Source of the DNA: an uncultured delta proteobacterium
GTDB taxonomy: Bacteria > Myxococcota_A > Polyangia > Polyangiales > Houyiibacteriaceae
Reading direction: 5' to 3'
Assembly (NCBI GenBank): GCA_963699755.1
Contig: CAVOVB010000001.1
Location: 928,001 to 992,000 of the forward strand
DNA: 64,000 nucleotides
Position numbers and translations under genes: made by a program. This document shows, in pieces, positions 8,734 through 19,176 of the stretch. A model generated the notes under the pieces. The model was given only the letters and a program-made list of their open reading frames with translations. It did not search any database and had not been told where the DNA came from. Numbering within the stretch: position 1 is the stretch's first letter; every line of letters starts with the position of its first letter.

Positions 8734-9648
8734 TTGAGAAAAGCGTATCAAAATTACTCGGCTGTTCTGTTTCTCGCAGCGGCCCTCGTTGCGTCGTCGT
8801 GCACCTCGGGCAAGAGCCGGGAGGAGGGCGACGGTTCCAAAGATTCGGCTCAGACCCGTCAGGCCTCCACGCTGACGATCAAGGGCTCCGACACGATGGT
8901 GATCCTCGCCCAGAACTGGGCGGAGGCCTTCATGAAAACGAACCCGGGCAAGGTCGTCCAGGTCTCCGGAGGAGGCTCCGGCACCGGGCTAGCAGCGTTG
9001 ATCAACGGCACCGCAGATCTCGCCAACGCGAGCCGGCCCATCAAAGACAAGGAACGCGAGCAGCTCCGCAAGCGTCGCAACGCCGAGGCGCAGGAGTTCC
9101 GGGTCGCTCTGGACTCGCTTGCGGTCTATGTACCAGCGTCCAACAAGATCGAATCGCTCACAACCCCTCAGCTCAAGAGTATCTTCCGCGGCCAGACCAC
9201 AAACTGGAAAGATGTGGGCGGTGAAGACAAACCCATCGTGCTCTATAGCCGAGAGAACAGCTCGGGCACCTATGCGTACTTCAAGGAACACGTTCTCGAG
9301 GACGAAGACTTCGCCGCGACCGCACAAACGCTGCCGGGCACCGCAGCCGTGATCAACGCGGTCAGCAAGGATGCGGGCGGCATCGGCTATGGTGGCATCG
9401 CGTATGCCGAAGGCGTCCGCACGGTGAAGGTCGCGCCGGCCGGCGGTCAGCCCGTCGAGCCCACGATGCAAAACGCCACGAGCGGCAAGTACCCGCTCTC
9501 GCGTTTCCTGAACATCTACAGCGCAGGCGAGCCCAGTGGAATCGCCAAGGAATACCTGGACTTCGTGCTATCCGACGATGGTCAGAAGATTGTGGAAGGC
9601 GTCGGCTACTACCCGCTTCCAAAGGAAGCGACCCCGGCGGCACAGTGA
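8734..9648 (+). CDS. pstS: Phosphate ABC transporter substrate-binding lipoprotein
   Basis: IKGSDTM, GGGSGTG, ANASR, SRENSSGTY and YPLSR motifs; lipobox VASSC. Confidence 0.95.
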   Translation: MRKAYQNYSAVLFLAAALVASSCTSGKSREEGDGSKDSAQTRQASTLTIKGSDTMVILAQNWAEAFMKTNPGKVVQVSGGGSGTGLAALINGTADLANASRPIKDKEREQLRKRRNAEAQEFRVALDSLAVYVPASNKIESLTTPQLKSIFRGQTTNWKDVGGEDKPIVLYSRENSSGTYAYFKEHVLEDEDFAATAQTLPGTAAVINAVSKDAGGIGYGGIAYAEGVRTVKVAPAGGQPVEPTMQNATSGKYPLSRFLNIYSAGEPSGIAKEYLDFVLSDDGQKIVEGVGYYPLPKEATPAAQ

Positions 9649-10685
9649 CCGAGCAGGTGCTCGAAGGAGGCGAACGTACCCGCGTCGCAAAGACCGAGCG
9701 GCGTACCGGCGTTCGCCGGCGGGGCGCAAAGTCCTCGCTGGCAGGCTCGTTTCACACCCCGCTGTGGCACCGCGTCGCAGAGCGCATGATCGCAATTCTC
9801 GCGCTGGCCGCGGTCTTGGCGATCGCGCTCATCTTCATTTTCATCGCGCGTGAAGCAGTCCCAATGTTCTGGGAGGCGGACTTCGCCGAAGAGGTGAATA
9901 TACGGGACCTCTTCTTCGCGAAAGAATGGAGAGGCTACGATGAGCCGGTGTTCATCTGGCAGCCGGTGGGGGAGCCGGCGAAGTTCAACGTGGTGCCGTT
10001 GTTCATCGGGTCACTCAAAGTAACCTTGCTTGCGATGCTGATGAGCGTTCCACTCGGAGTCGGATGCGCGATCTTCATCGCGCTCTATGCGCCTCGCGCC
10101 GTCCGTGAGGTCGTAAAACCAGTGATCGAGCTCTTGGCGGGCATCCCGTCGGTCGTGCTCGGCTTCTTCGCGCTCATGGTGCTTGCGTCCTGGGCGCAGG
10201 CAACCTTTGGGTTTCATTTCCGGTTGAACGCCATCGTCGCCGCGATGGGCCTCGCTCTTACGATCGTGCCGGTGGTCTTCACGATCTCCGAGGACGCGAT
10301 CCAAAGCGTGCCGGGCACCCTGACCGAGGCAGCCCTCGCGCTCGGAGCCCGCAAATATCAGGTCGCGCTGCGGGTCGTGCTCCCCGCGGCGATCCCCGGA
10401 ATCGCTGCCGGCATAGTCCTCGGATTCGGTCGCGCCATCGGGGAAACGATGATCGTGCTCATGGCTTCGGGCAATGCCGCGATCATGGAGCTCTTCGACT
10501 TCAGCACCAGCGTGCGCACGGTCACCGCAACGATCGCGGCAGAGCTCGGTGAAGTCGCACAGGGCGATCCGCATTGGCGGGTGCTCTTCCTGCTCGGCGT
10601 GATGCTCTTCGCTGTGACCTTCGTCCTCAACCTCCTCGGCGACCTATTCATTCAGCGACTGCAAAAGAGGCTGACTGCGTCATGA
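9645..10685 (+). CDS. pstC: Phosphate ABC transporter permease
   Basis: ELLAGIPSVVLG, GRAIGETMIVLMASGN. Confidence 0.95.
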   Translation: MTEQVLEGGERTRVAKTERRTGVRRRGAKSSLAGSFHTPLWHRVAERMIAILALAAVLAIALIFIFIAREAVPMFWEADFAEEVNIRDLFFAKEWRGYDEPVFIWQPVGEPAKFNVVPLFIGSLKVTLLAMLMSVPLGVGCAIFIALYAPRAVREVVKPVIELLAGIPSVVLGFFALMVLASWAQATFGFHFRLNAIVAAMGLALTIVPVVFTISEDAIQSVPGTLTEAALALGARKYQVALRVVLPAAIPGIAAGIVLGFGRAIGETMIVLMASGNAAIMELFDFSTSVRTVTATIAAELGEVAQGDPHWRVLFLLGVMLFAVTFVLNLLGDLFIQRLQKRLTAS

Positions 10686-11581
10686 GGCACACGAGCAAAG
10701 ACTGGCTGCTCGCAGGCCTGACCGGACTTTCACTCCTGGTGATCCTCACGCTGCTAGCCGTGCTGCTCGGGCAGATCGTCTGGCACGGAGCACCCGTCAT
10801 CTCTGCCGAGTTCCTGAGCCAGAGCCCGGGCGCCGACATGATCAGCGGCGGAATTTGGCCGGCGATCTACGGCACCGTGTTCATGACCCTCCTGATGACG
10901 ATCGCGGGCGTGCCCGTCGGCATCGCCACCGCGATCTACCTGAGCGAGTACGCATCGGCCCGATCGCGCATCGCCAAGGTCGTGCGCATCGCGGTAAACA
11001 ACCTCGCAGGCGTTCCTTCCATCGTGTTTGGGCTCTTCGGGCTTGGATTTTTCATCATTTTCGTCGGCGGCAGCATCGATGCGCTGCTCTACGATGACTC
11101 GACGCCTGTGTGGGGAAAGCCTTCGATCCTCTGGGCCTCGCTCACCCTCGCGGTGCTGACCCTGCCCGTGGTGATCGTGACGACCGAAGAAGCGCTGAGA
11201 ACGGTGCCTCAGGAGTTCCGTGACGCATCGCTCGCCCTGGGCGCCACTCGCTTCCAGACGGTCTACAAGATCGTCCTCCCCAATGCGAAGGGCGGCATCC
11301 TGACCGGCGTGATCCTCGCGGTGAGCCGTGGCGCGGGCGAAGTTGCTCCTATCATCTTTTGTGGCGCAGCCAACTTTCTTCCCTACCTGCCGACCGACCT
11401 TCGTGACATGTTCATGCACCTCGGTTACCACGTCTACGCCCTCGCGACGCAGTCACCGAACGTCGACGCGGCGAGGCCGACCCTCTTCGGCACGGTGCTC
11501 GTCTTGCTCGTACTCACGTTCTCGCTCAATCTGCTAGCGGTGATTATTCGAGCCCGGTCGCGCGCAGCTCTCCGATCATGA
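10682..11581 (+). CDS. pstA: Phosphate ABC transporter permease
   Basis: [26 protein letters not shown] 10682 overlaps the pstC stop (ATGA). Confidence 0.95.
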   Translation: MRHTSKDWLLAGLTGLSLLVILTLLAVLLGQIVWHGAPVISAEFLSQSPGADMISGGIWPAIYGTVFMTLLMTIAGVPVGIATAIYLSEYASARSRIAKVVRIAVNNLAGVPSIVFGLFGLGFFIIFVGGSIDALLYDDSTPVWGKPSILWASLTLAVLTLPVVIVTTEEALRTVPQEFRDASLALGATRFQTVYKIVLPNAKGGILTGVILAVSRGAGEVAPIIFCGAANFLPYLPTDLRDMFMHLGYHVYALATQSPNVDAARPTLFGTVLVLLVLTFSLNLLAVIIRARSRAALRS

Positions 11582-12369
11582 CCAAGCTCAAAGATGCGGC
11601 CGCCGAAGTCCCGAACGACGTGAAGATGGAGACACGGGAGGTCAACGTCTATTACGGGGACAATCACGCGATTCGGAATGTCGACTTCGACATCGTCGAC
11701 CGGAGCGTAACGGCGCTGATCGGACCTTCGGGCTGCGGCAAGAGCACTTACCTGCGCGCGCTCAACCGGATGAACGACACGATCGACATCTGCCGAGTCG
11801 AGGGCCGTATCTTGCTCGATGGCGAGAACATCTACGACCGAAGCGTCGACCCGGTGGAGGTCCGCCGCAGAGTCGGCATGGTCTTCCAAAAATCGAATCC
11901 GTTCCCGAAGTCGATCTTCGACAACGTGGCCTTCGGCCTTCGAATCGGGGGAGAGAAGGACAAGGACATGATTGCGCAGCGCGTCGAGGAGTCCCTCAAA
12001 GGAGCGGCTCTCTGGGAAGAGGTGAAGGACCGTCTCCAGAGCTCGGCGCTCGGGCTCTCGGGCGGCCAGCAGCAGCGCCTCTGCATCGCGCGCTGTCTGG
12101 CGGTCTGGCCGGAGGTGATTTTGATGGACGAGCCCGCCTCCGCCCTAGACCCCATCGCGACAGCGAAGATCGAGGAGCTCATTCGCGAGCTGCGCGAAGA
12201 TTATACGATTGTGATCGTGACGCACTCGATGCAGCAAGCCGCCCGAGTCAGCGATTTCACGGCATTTTTCTATATGGGAGAGCTCATTGAGCACGGCAAG
12301 ACAGACAAGATGTTCACCCGGCCGACCAGAAAGCGTACCGAGGAGTATATTTCCGGTAGGTTTGGATGA
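11578..12369 (+). CDS. pstB: Phosphate ABC transporter ATPase
   Basis: [38 protein letters not shown]. Confidence 0.97.
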   Translation: MTKLKDAAAEVPNDVKMETREVNVYYGDNHAIRNVDFDIVDRSVTALIGPSGCGKSTYLRALNRMNDTIDICRVEGRILLDGENIYDRSVDPVEVRRRVGMVFQKSNPFPKSIFDNVAFGLRIGGEKDKDMIAQRVEESLKGAALWEEVKDRLQSSALGLSGGQQQRLCIARCLAVWPEVILMDEPASALDPIATAKIEELIRELREDYTIVIVTHSMQQAARVSDFTAFFYMGELIEHGKTDKMFTRPTRKRTEEYISGRFG

Positions 12370-13067
12370 TGGCCGACTCTAGCCGACCGCTGCGCACTCA
12401 CACCCATCAGGAGTTCGAGGCCGAGTTGCGCAACCTCAAAGATCGGCTCCTCGCGATGGGGGGCCGGTGCGAACAGATGATCAGCAAGGCGGTTCGCGCA
12501 TTCGAGGACCGCGACGTGAGCCTGGCCAACGAGGTCATGATGGCCGACCACCCGATGAACGAGGACGAGGTGGAGGTCGACGACCTCGCGGTGCGCATCC
12601 TGGCGCTGCGGCAGCCGGTCGGCCGCGATCTGCGCTTCGCCGTCGCCGCGGTCAAGGCATCGACCGACCTCGAGCGTATCGGAGACGAGGCCGTCAACAT
12701 TGCGGAGCGCGCGATGGAGATGGAGCCAGCCGACGGTCTGAGCCCGCCCGGCTCCAAGCTTCCCGAAATGGCGCATCGAGCACGCGCCATGCTTCGCGAT
12801 GCACTCAACGCGCTGGTCGAAGAGAACCCGGGCAAGGCGCGCGACGTGTTTGAGCAAGACGACGCAGTCGACGACATCTACGGTGAAGTCATGGGGCTCT
12901 GTCTAGAGTACATGAAGGACGACCCTTCTCATATTCCGGACGGCATGCGGATTTGCAACTGCGCGAAGTACCTCGAACGGATCGCCGATCACGCGACCAA
13001 CATCGCCGAGATGGTGATCTTCATGGTGGATGGCCAAGACGTCCGGCACCGTGCGCACAACGCCTGA
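12366..13067 (+). CDS. phoU: Phosphate signalling complex protein PhoU
   Basis: [35 protein letters not shown]. Confidence 0.95.
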   Translation: MMADSSRPLRTHTHQEFEAELRNLKDRLLAMGGRCEQMISKAVRAFEDRDVSLANEVMMADHPMNEDEVEVDDLAVRILALRQPVGRDLRFAVAAVKASTDLERIGDEAVNIAERAMEMEPADGLSPPGSKLPEMAHRARAMLRDALNALVEENPGKARDVFEQDDAVDDIYGEVMGLCLEYMKDDPSHIPDGMRICNCAKYLERIADHATNIAEMVIFMVDGQDVRHRAHNA

Positions 13068-13075
13068 AGGCGGCC

Positions 13076-13402
13076 TCAGCGATAGCCGATCGGCGGGTAA
13101 ACTTCGTCAGGCGGCGGGCAGCGGAAAATCTTGCCGGTCACGACCATGGTCATTCCGTCTTCGAGATCGGGGTGCGCCGATTCGAGGAGAATGTGCGTTG
13201 CGCCACGCTCGGCGGCCTGCTCGAGCGCATCTTGGCGAGCATGCTGAGCGTTTCCACCGGCGCCTTCGACCACGCCGAGCTTCTCGCAGCGCGGCTCGGC
13301 GTTCGCCACCCGCACATCCGCCGCGGTTTGGCTGCTCATGGGCTTACAGGCCGCAAACGCAAGGCAAGGCAATACGAGGAAGGCAACGACCAGGCGGCTC
13401 AA
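13076..13402 (-). CDS. Small lipoprotein (DUF4156/RcsF-like)
   Basis: Lipobox AFAAC; CEKLGVVEG...ALEQAAERGATHI...FRC. Start set at TTG 13402, just after the porin stop (uncertain). Confidence 0.6.
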   Translation of the reverse strand: MSRLVVAFLVLPCLAFAACKPMSSQTAADVRVANAEPRCEKLGVVEGAGGNAQHARQDALEQAAERGATHILLESAHPDLEDGMTMVVTGKIFRCPPPDEVYPPIGYR

Positions 13403-13403
13403 C

Positions 13404-14891
13404 TTAGAGCGAGGCCTGGAGTTGGAGACGGAAGACTGTGGAGCCGTCTCCGAAGGTGTTTTCCCAAAGCTGCGAGACATCGGTCTGAATCTTGAACGGG
13501 TGCCGAGCGAAATAGTAGCTCACCGAGAAGGTGGTTCCGTACTGGTCGGTCAAGCTGGTGGCCCCCCTCTTCGAGTTGGCCTTGATCAGCGCGCCGCGAG
13601 CCGCGAACTCGAAGCGCGTCTTTGGAATTAGATACCCGGCCTGGAGCATCCAGCCAACGCCGTTGCGGGGGTCGGTCGGGAGATCTGGGTCGTAGTCGGG
13701 ATCCATTGGTGCGATGTCGCCCACAGTTCGCTGGCCCGTTCGAAACGCGAATTCGCTGATTGCCGAGAAGCCGCGCGCTTTGAAGATCGCATCCACGTAG
13801 ACGAAATGATAGTCGGCCGAGCCACCGTCTGCGAAGGGTACGCCGACCATGCCACGGTTGCGCTCCGCGTTTTGGAAGAAGGAGTACGTGGCGCCGATCG
13901 AGAGGCGCGGCTTGGTTCGAGCGAAATCGACCTCGCTGTAATCTTCAAAGATCCCCATCGGCAGGTACTCGACACGAGCGAGGTAGACCATCGAGAAGTC
14001 CTTGAACTGCGGGTTGTTGAGCCCGTTCCCGGATGAAAGGCCGAGTACGTAGCGCATCTTGTTCTTCCCGAGGAAGTCTCGGGATCGGATGTCGATGCCC
14101 ATGTCGCGGTCGAGCGAGAACTCGGAGTTGACCTGAGATCGGTCGACCATCTGAAGGTCGCCCGAGGAGATCACCCGCGTCCGGTTCGACGAAATTTTGT
14201 ACTGTCCGACACGAACCTGAATGTCTCGGTTCTTCGTGAAGTCGAGGTAGTAGTCGAGGACGACGTTGTCTTTGCGAAGCGGGTCGATCTCGAGCTTGTA
14301 TTGGTTGTGCTTCCCGAAGGCGTATCCCTGGAACACGAAGCGCGCGCGCCGAAGCCGGAAGTCCTGCAGATTGGCTTCAGGCTCGTCGCCTTCATTGGTC
14401 CCCAGGTTCTCGTCATGGGAGTAGGTGTAGAGTATCTGCACCCGGACTCGAATGCGAAGCTGGAACTTGTCGTCGGCGCTGTTGATTTCGACGCCCTTGC
14501 CCGGCCTGAACTTGATGTCTCCACGATCGACGATGTGGTCTCCCATCATTTCGTCTTCGCCCTTGGGATGGAGGTCTTCGCCCGGGACGTCCCGTCGAAC
14601 CCGTTCTTCGGCCGCCGCCTCCTGGTCGGTTTCGGAGCTCGGGTCGTACTCCCGCCTTTCGGCCTCCGGGGGCGGAGCCACGATGACCGTGGTCCCTTCG
14701 GGCGTCTCGGCCTGCTCGAGCGCCTGCTCGACCGCTTCCTTTTGCTTCGGAGGAAGGTCCTCAAGCATTTCCTCGGTCGAAGTTTCCGGCTCTTTCTCAG
14801 AAACAGGTACGTCTTCGGCCAAGACGGGGCGAGCTAAGCTCAGGGCCAGGAGGGCCAGCGAAGCGTGACAAATGAAGCGGTTGGATGTCAT
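13404..14891 (-). CDS. Phosphate-selective porin O/P family protein
   Basis: Signal peptide; FRLRRARF, VRVGQYK, DRDMG and YLARVEY motifs; C-terminal RLQLQASL; Pho box upstream. Confidence 0.8.
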   Translation of the reverse strand: MTSNRFICHASLALLALSLARPVLAEDVPVSEKEPETSTEEMLEDLPPKQKEAVEQALEQAETPEGTTVIVAPPPEAERREYDPSSETDQEAAAEERVRRDVPGEDLHPKGEDEMMGDHIVDRGDIKFRPGKGVEINSADDKFQLRIRVRVQILYTYSHDENLGTNEGDEPEANLQDFRLRRARFVFQGYAFGKHNQYKLEIDPLRKDNVVLDYYLDFTKNRDIQVRVGQYKISSNRTRVISSGDLQMVDRSQVNSEFSLDRDMGIDIRSRDFLGKNKMRYVLGLSSGNGLNNPQFKDFSMVYLARVEYLPMGIFEDYSEVDFARTKPRLSIGATYSFFQNAERNRGMVGVPFADGGSADYHFVYVDAIFKARGFSAISEFAFRTGQRTVGDIAPMDPDYDPDLPTDPRNGVGWMLQAGYLIPKTRFEFAARGALIKANSKRGATSLTDQYGTTFSVSYYFARHPFKIQTDVSQLWENTFGDGSTVFRLQLQASL

Positions 14892-14911
14892 TTGCCGGCG
14901 TGTTACGCGCC

Positions 14912-14944
14912 AAATGTGTCAGCTTGGTGACACGGCTGTGTCGC
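14912..14944 (-). promoter_or_regulatory. Pho box upstream of the porin, embedded in the 3' end of phoR
   Basis: Minus strand GCGACAC-AGCC-GTGTCAC-CAAG-CTGACAC-ATTT, three 11-bp-phased half-sites. Confidence 0.6.
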
Positions 14945-16289
14945 TCTTGGGGCTATCCGCACGGGGTATGCTGAGCTGGAATCGGGTCCATCCGTCGCTG
15001 CTATCGACGTTGATCTCACCACCGATCTTGGACACCAAATGCTTCACGATCGATAGCCCGAGGCCCGTGCCGCCGAGCTCGCGGGACCGGCCCGCATCGA
15101 CTCGGTAGAAGCGCTCGAAGACACGAGGAAGGTGCTTGCTGGGAATCCCTGGGCCCGTGTTGGCAACCTCGATGAACACATCTTCCCCTTCCGGGGCAAC
15201 CTCGACCCGCACTTCCCCCCCCGCGGGCGTGTACTTGATCGCATTGTCGACGAGGTTCACCAGCACCTGTTCGAGCGCGCGCTGCTCGGCCAAGACCAGG
15301 GGCGCATCGTCCAGCCCCGAGCAGATGACCTTCAAGCCTTTCGCCTTCGACTGGGAATCGAGCCCTCGAACGACTTGGTCGAGCAGGGCTCCGGCGCCGA
15401 CGGGCTCCAAGTCGAGCTCCAGATCTTCTCCCTCGAAGCGGCTCAGGTCGGCGAGGTCGTCGACCAAGGCCTGCAAACGCCGCGCGTGCCTCAGAATGAC
15501 GTCGAGGAAGCCCTTGGCTGATTCCGGATCATCGATCGCCCCTTCTCGGAGGGTTTCGGCAAAGCCACGAATCGCGGTCAGAGGAGTGCGAAGCTCATGG
15601 CCCGCGTTAGCCACGAAGTCCCGCCGGACCCGATCCGCAGCTCGTTCAGCGGTCACGTCGTGGAAGAGCGCGACGACGCCTTGATGATTCCGAAGCGGGG
15701 AGACCGATGCCCGGAGAACGTGCCGTCCGTTCTTGTCGAGGCGGTCGAGCTCGATCTCGAGCCGGCCCGAAAAGCCTTGCTGTGCGTCCTCGATCGCTCG
15801 GTGAAAGTCCGGGTGGCGAATCGCTTCGACCGCTGTCTTTCCCTCCGGATCGAAGCCCACCAACTCGGACAAAACCTCGTTGCTGAGCGTGATGTGACCC
15901 GTGGCGTCGGTCACCATGACGGCCTCCGCCATGGCGTCGAGGATGGTTCTCAGGCGGTCCTTCCGGCTCAGCTTCTTCTTTTCGGCAGCGGACAGCTGCT
16001 CGGCGAGGGCGTCGAGGGAGCGACCGAGCCTCCCGATGGTACCTGGGCGCCGCAATCGGGCGCGCCGTCCGAAGTCCCGCTCCTGGAGGGCGTCGGCCAG
16101 CTGCTGAAGGCGCCCGAGGTCCTCTGCGTCCCTGCGGGCCACAATCCAGGCGAGCACGGCGGACAAAGCCATGCCCGCAAGCAAGACGAGCCAGCCGGAC
16201 AGTTCCGGGGAGGCTCTGCGCCAAATCCCATACAAGGCGGATAGCATCAGGGCGATGCCCGCCCCAAGCAGCGCGTAACGTCGAATCAC
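14919..16289 (-). CDS. phoR: Phosphate regulon sensor histidine kinase (HAMP-PAS-HisKA-HATPase)
   Basis: RRDFVANAGHELRTPL, NLVDNAIKY, FERFYRVD..RSRELGGTGLGL. Confidence 0.9.
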   Translation of the reverse strand: MIRRYALLGAGIALMLSALYGIWRRASPELSGWLVLLAGMALSAVLAWIVARRDAEDLGRLQQLADALQERDFGRRARLRRPGTIGRLGRSLDALAEQLSAAEKKKLSRKDRLRTILDAMAEAVMVTDATGHITLSNEVLSELVGFDPEGKTAVEAIRHPDFHRAIEDAQQGFSGRLEIELDRLDKNGRHVLRASVSPLRNHQGVVALFHDVTAERAADRVRRDFVANAGHELRTPLTAIRGFAETLREGAIDDPESAKGFLDVILRHARRLQALVDDLADLSRFEGEDLELDLEPVGAGALLDQVVRGLDSQSKAKGLKVICSGLDDAPLVLAEQRALEQVLVNLVDNAIKYTPAGGEVRVEVAPEGEDVFIEVANTGPGIPSKHLPRVFERFYRVDAGRSRELGGTGLGLSIVKHLVSKIGGEINVDSSDGWTRFQLSIPRADSPKSDTAVSPS

Positions 16290-16325
16290 GCTTGGACAAT
16301 ACGCGGGCCCGGGCCCTTGACCAAC

Positions 16326-17015
16326 CTAAGACTTGAGCGCCCGGTAGCCGACGCCTCGAACCGTCTCGATCTGAGCGGCGCCCGCGCCGAGCTTCTCCCG
16401 AAGCCTCTTGACGTGCGTGTCGACGGTACGTGTCTCCACGTTGGGGGAGTAGCCCCAAACCCGTTCGAGGAGCGCGTCCCGCGATTGCACGCGCCCGGCT
16501 CGGCTCGCAAGGTCCAGCAGCAGGCGAAACTCGAGCGCGGTCAGCAGGATCTCCTCGCCGTCGACCTCGACCCGGTGGGCCGGCACGTCGATGACGAGAT
16601 TGCCGAGCGCGATCACCTGTGGACCGTCCACTTCGGCGGCGGGAATCGTTCTGCGCAGGATCGCGTCCACGCGCAGCACGAGCTCGCGTGGGCTGAATGG
16701 CTTGAGCACGTAGTCGTCAGCGCCCACCTCGAAGCCGACCACCCGATCGACCTCGTCGGTTCGCGCGGTGAGCATGATCACGGGGAGACGAACCGTTTGA
16801 GCACTGCGTCGTAATCGCCTGCATACCTCGAGGCCCGAGATGTCAGGCAGCATCACGTCGAGCACGAGCAAGTCCGGCTGGCTTCGCTGAATCTCCGCGA
16901 GGGCTGTGCTGCCATCATGGGCAATGCTGACATCATGCCCTGCGCCTCGAAGGTTGAATGCCACCAACTCGGCCAGGTCGGTCTCGTCCTCTACGACTAG
17001 GATTCGCGAACCCAT
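16326..17015 (-). CDS. phoB: Phosphate regulon response regulator PhoB/PhoP (canonical)
   Basis: ILVVEDE, LLVLD53VMLP, KPFSPREL, ETRTVDTHVKRLREKL; adjacent to phoR. Confidence 0.9.
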   Translation of the reverse strand: MGSRILVVEDETDLAELVAFNLRGAGHDVSIAHDGSTALAEIQRSQPDLLVLDVMLPDISGLEVCRRLRRSAQTVRLPVIMLTARTDEVDRVVGFEVGADDYVLKPFSPRELVLRVDAILRRTIPAAEVDGPQVIALGNLVIDVPAHRVEVDGEEILLTALEFRLLLDLASRAGRVQSRDALLERVWGYSPNVETRTVDTHVKRLREKLGAGAAQIETVRGVGYRALKS

Positions 17016-17041
17016 ACTCAGATGCTAGAAGCCTGCTCAGC

Positions 17042-17063
17042 TCCTGTGACGTCTCCGTGACGG
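17042..17063 (-). promoter_or_regulatory. Pho box upstream of phoB (autoregulation)
   Basis: Minus strand CCGTCAC-GGAG-ACGTCAC-AGGA, 11-bp period, 26 nt before the ATG. Confidence 0.65.
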
Positions 17064-17208
17064 ACCGGTTCCAAGCGAGCAACCACGAGTCTACGCGTCA
17101 CGGGCCGGATCACAACGCTGATCAGCTCTGAATCAGATGGGATTTCTGCCATCAAACTTAGCATTTGAGCCAGGCTGGAAGGAATGAGAAGGTGGGCGCC
17201 GAGGTGCC

Positions 17209-17883
17209 ATGAGAATACCGCTTGCCAACTTGCTCGCTCGCAACCCTTTGCCCAAGGTCGGCGACCTGATGGCCGAGGTCATCCGGACCAGCGACAAAGT
17301 CCGGGAGTTGATCGAGCTGCTCGCCGCAGGTGATCAGGCCGGCGTCGAGCGCGTCGCCAAGGAGATCAGCGCGCTTGAAGGCAAAGCCGACGACGCGAAG
17401 AACGCGGCCCGGTCGAAGATGCCGGTTCGTCTGTTAATGCCGGTCGATCGGCGGGACGTGCTGAAGCTGATCAGCCAAATCGACGCGATCGCAGATTGTG
17501 CCGAGGACGTGGGCGTGCTTCTGACCATTCGCCCGCTGACGGTGCCCGAGGTCATGAAGCCGATCCTCGAGCTTTTTGTGGATCGGGTCCTCGCGACCAT
17601 CCGAGAGGCAGCAAAGCTCATCGACCTAATCGACGAGCTGGTCGAATCCGGGTTCTCGGGGCCGCCCGCAGAGCAGGTCCTCGAGCAAGCGGCGATTCTC
17701 GGCCGCGCCGAGCACGAGGCGGACAAGATCCAAGATCAGTGCGCCAAGGCCCTGTTCAAGCAAGAGGACGCCATGCCCCCTGCAGCGCTGTTCATGTGGA
17801 CCAAGGTCCTCAACAAGATAGGCGACATGGCCAATCACGCGGAAAACGTAGGGGATCAGTTCAGGCTTTTCGTAGCCGGCTAG
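17209..17883 (+). CDS. DUF47/TIGR00153 PhoU-like Pit accessory protein
   Basis: ISALEGKADD, PVDRRD, IDAIADCAED, EHEADKI, IGDMANHAENVGD; directly upstream of pit. Confidence 0.88.
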   Translation: MRIPLANLLARNPLPKVGDLMAEVIRTSDKVRELIELLAAGDQAGVERVAKEISALEGKADDAKNAARSKMPVRLLMPVDRRDVLKLISQIDAIADCAEDVGVLLTIRPLTVPEVMKPILELFVDRVLATIREAAKLIDLIDELVESGFSGPPAEQVLEQAAILGRAEHEADKIQDQCAKALFKQEDAMPPAALFMWTKVLNKIGDMANHAENVGDQFRLFVAG

Positions 17884-17887
17884 GCCC

Positions 17888-19141
17888 GTGTCCGTGGAGT
17901 TATCGACGATCGTCCTGGCCGTTGCGGCCGTCGCGGGCCTCTACATGGCCTGGAACATCGGAGCCAACGATGTGGCGAATGCCATGGGCACGTCGGTGGG
18001 CTCTGGCGCGCTCACCCTCCGACGCGCCATCATCGTCGCTGCGATTTTCGAGTTCGGCGGGGCCATGCTCGTGGGCGGCACGGTGACCCAGACGATTCGC
18101 AAGGGCATCGTCGATGTGGCCGCCTTCGGCGGGGATCCGATGGTCATCGCGATTGGGATGACCTGTTGTCTGCTCGCCGCTGCCCTCTGGCTCAACCTTG
18201 CGACCTATTCAGGTTGGCCGGTATCGACGACGCACAGCATCGTCGGTGCCGTCGTGGGCTTCGGCCTCGTTGCTGGCGGCTTCGAGGCTGTCAACTGGGG
18301 AGTCATGGGCAAGATCGCCGCGAGCTGGGTGGTTTCCCCGCTGATGGGCGGGACGCTCGGCTATTTCGGTTTTGTGTTCATCAAGCGGCGCATCTTGAAC
18401 GTCGATCGGCCGCTGCTCGCGCTTCGCGGCTGGGGTCCGTTCATGGTGTTTCCGATCTTCGCAATCCTCGCGCTCAGCGTCCTCTTCAAGGGGCTCAAGC
18501 CGCTGAAGCTCGATCTGGCGCTAGGACCTTCGCTGTGGATCGCGGTAGCGGCGGGGCTGTTGGCAAGCTTTGTATCGGTTCCGCTCTTGCGACGAGCTAC
18601 ACGCATCGCATCGACGGATAGAGACGAGCGCACCCACCGCGCTGAACGCGTCTTTCTCGTTTTGCAGGTCTTGACGGCCTGCTTCGTCGCATTCGCACAC
18701 GGAAGCAACGACGTGGCCAATGCGGTCGGCCCGATGGCCGCGGTGTTTGGTGCCACTTCAGGTGAGCTGGGCGCCAAGGTCGAGGTGCCCTACCGGGTGC
18801 TCCTGATTGGAGCAGTCGGCATCGTCGTCGGTCTTGCGACCTACGGCTACAAAATCATGGCGACCATCGGCAAGAAGATTACCGAGCTCACCCCATCGCG
18901 AGGCTTCGCGGCCGAGTTCGGAGCCGCGACCACGATCGTCATGGCGAGCAAGCTCGGCCTTCCCGTGAGCACGACCCATACGCTGGTCGGCGCCGTCATC
19001 GGCGTCGGATTCGCTCGCGGCATCGGAGCCATCAACATGAAAGTCGTGACCGGAATCGTCGCCAGCTGGTTCATCACCGTGCCCTTCACCGCGATCTTGG
19101 CGGCTGCTCTCTTCATGATCGGCAGGCTCTGGCTGCCCTAG
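17888..19141 (+). CDS. pit: Inorganic phosphate transporter, PiT family
   Basis: GANDVANAMGTSVG, PVSTTH (twice), AHGSNDVANA. Confidence 0.95.
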   Translation: MSVELSTIVLAVAAVAGLYMAWNIGANDVANAMGTSVGSGALTLRRAIIVAAIFEFGGAMLVGGTVTQTIRKGIVDVAAFGGDPMVIAIGMTCCLLAAALWLNLATYSGWPVSTTHSIVGAVVGFGLVAGGFEAVNWGVMGKIAASWVVSPLMGGTLGYFGFVFIKRRILNVDRPLLALRGWGPFMVFPIFAILALSVLFKGLKPLKLDLALGPSLWIAVAAGLLASFVSVPLLRRATRIASTDRDERTHRAERVFLVLQVLTACFVAFAHGSNDVANAVGPMAAVFGATSGELGAKVEVPYRVLLIGAVGIVVGLATYGYKIMATIGKKITELTPSRGFAAEFGAATTIVMASKLGLPVSTTHTLVGAVIGVGFARGIGAINMKVVTGIVASWFITVPFTAILAAALFMIGRLWLP

Positions 19142-19176
19142 TGGCCGCGACTGCGGGCGCGCGCTAAGCACCGCCC

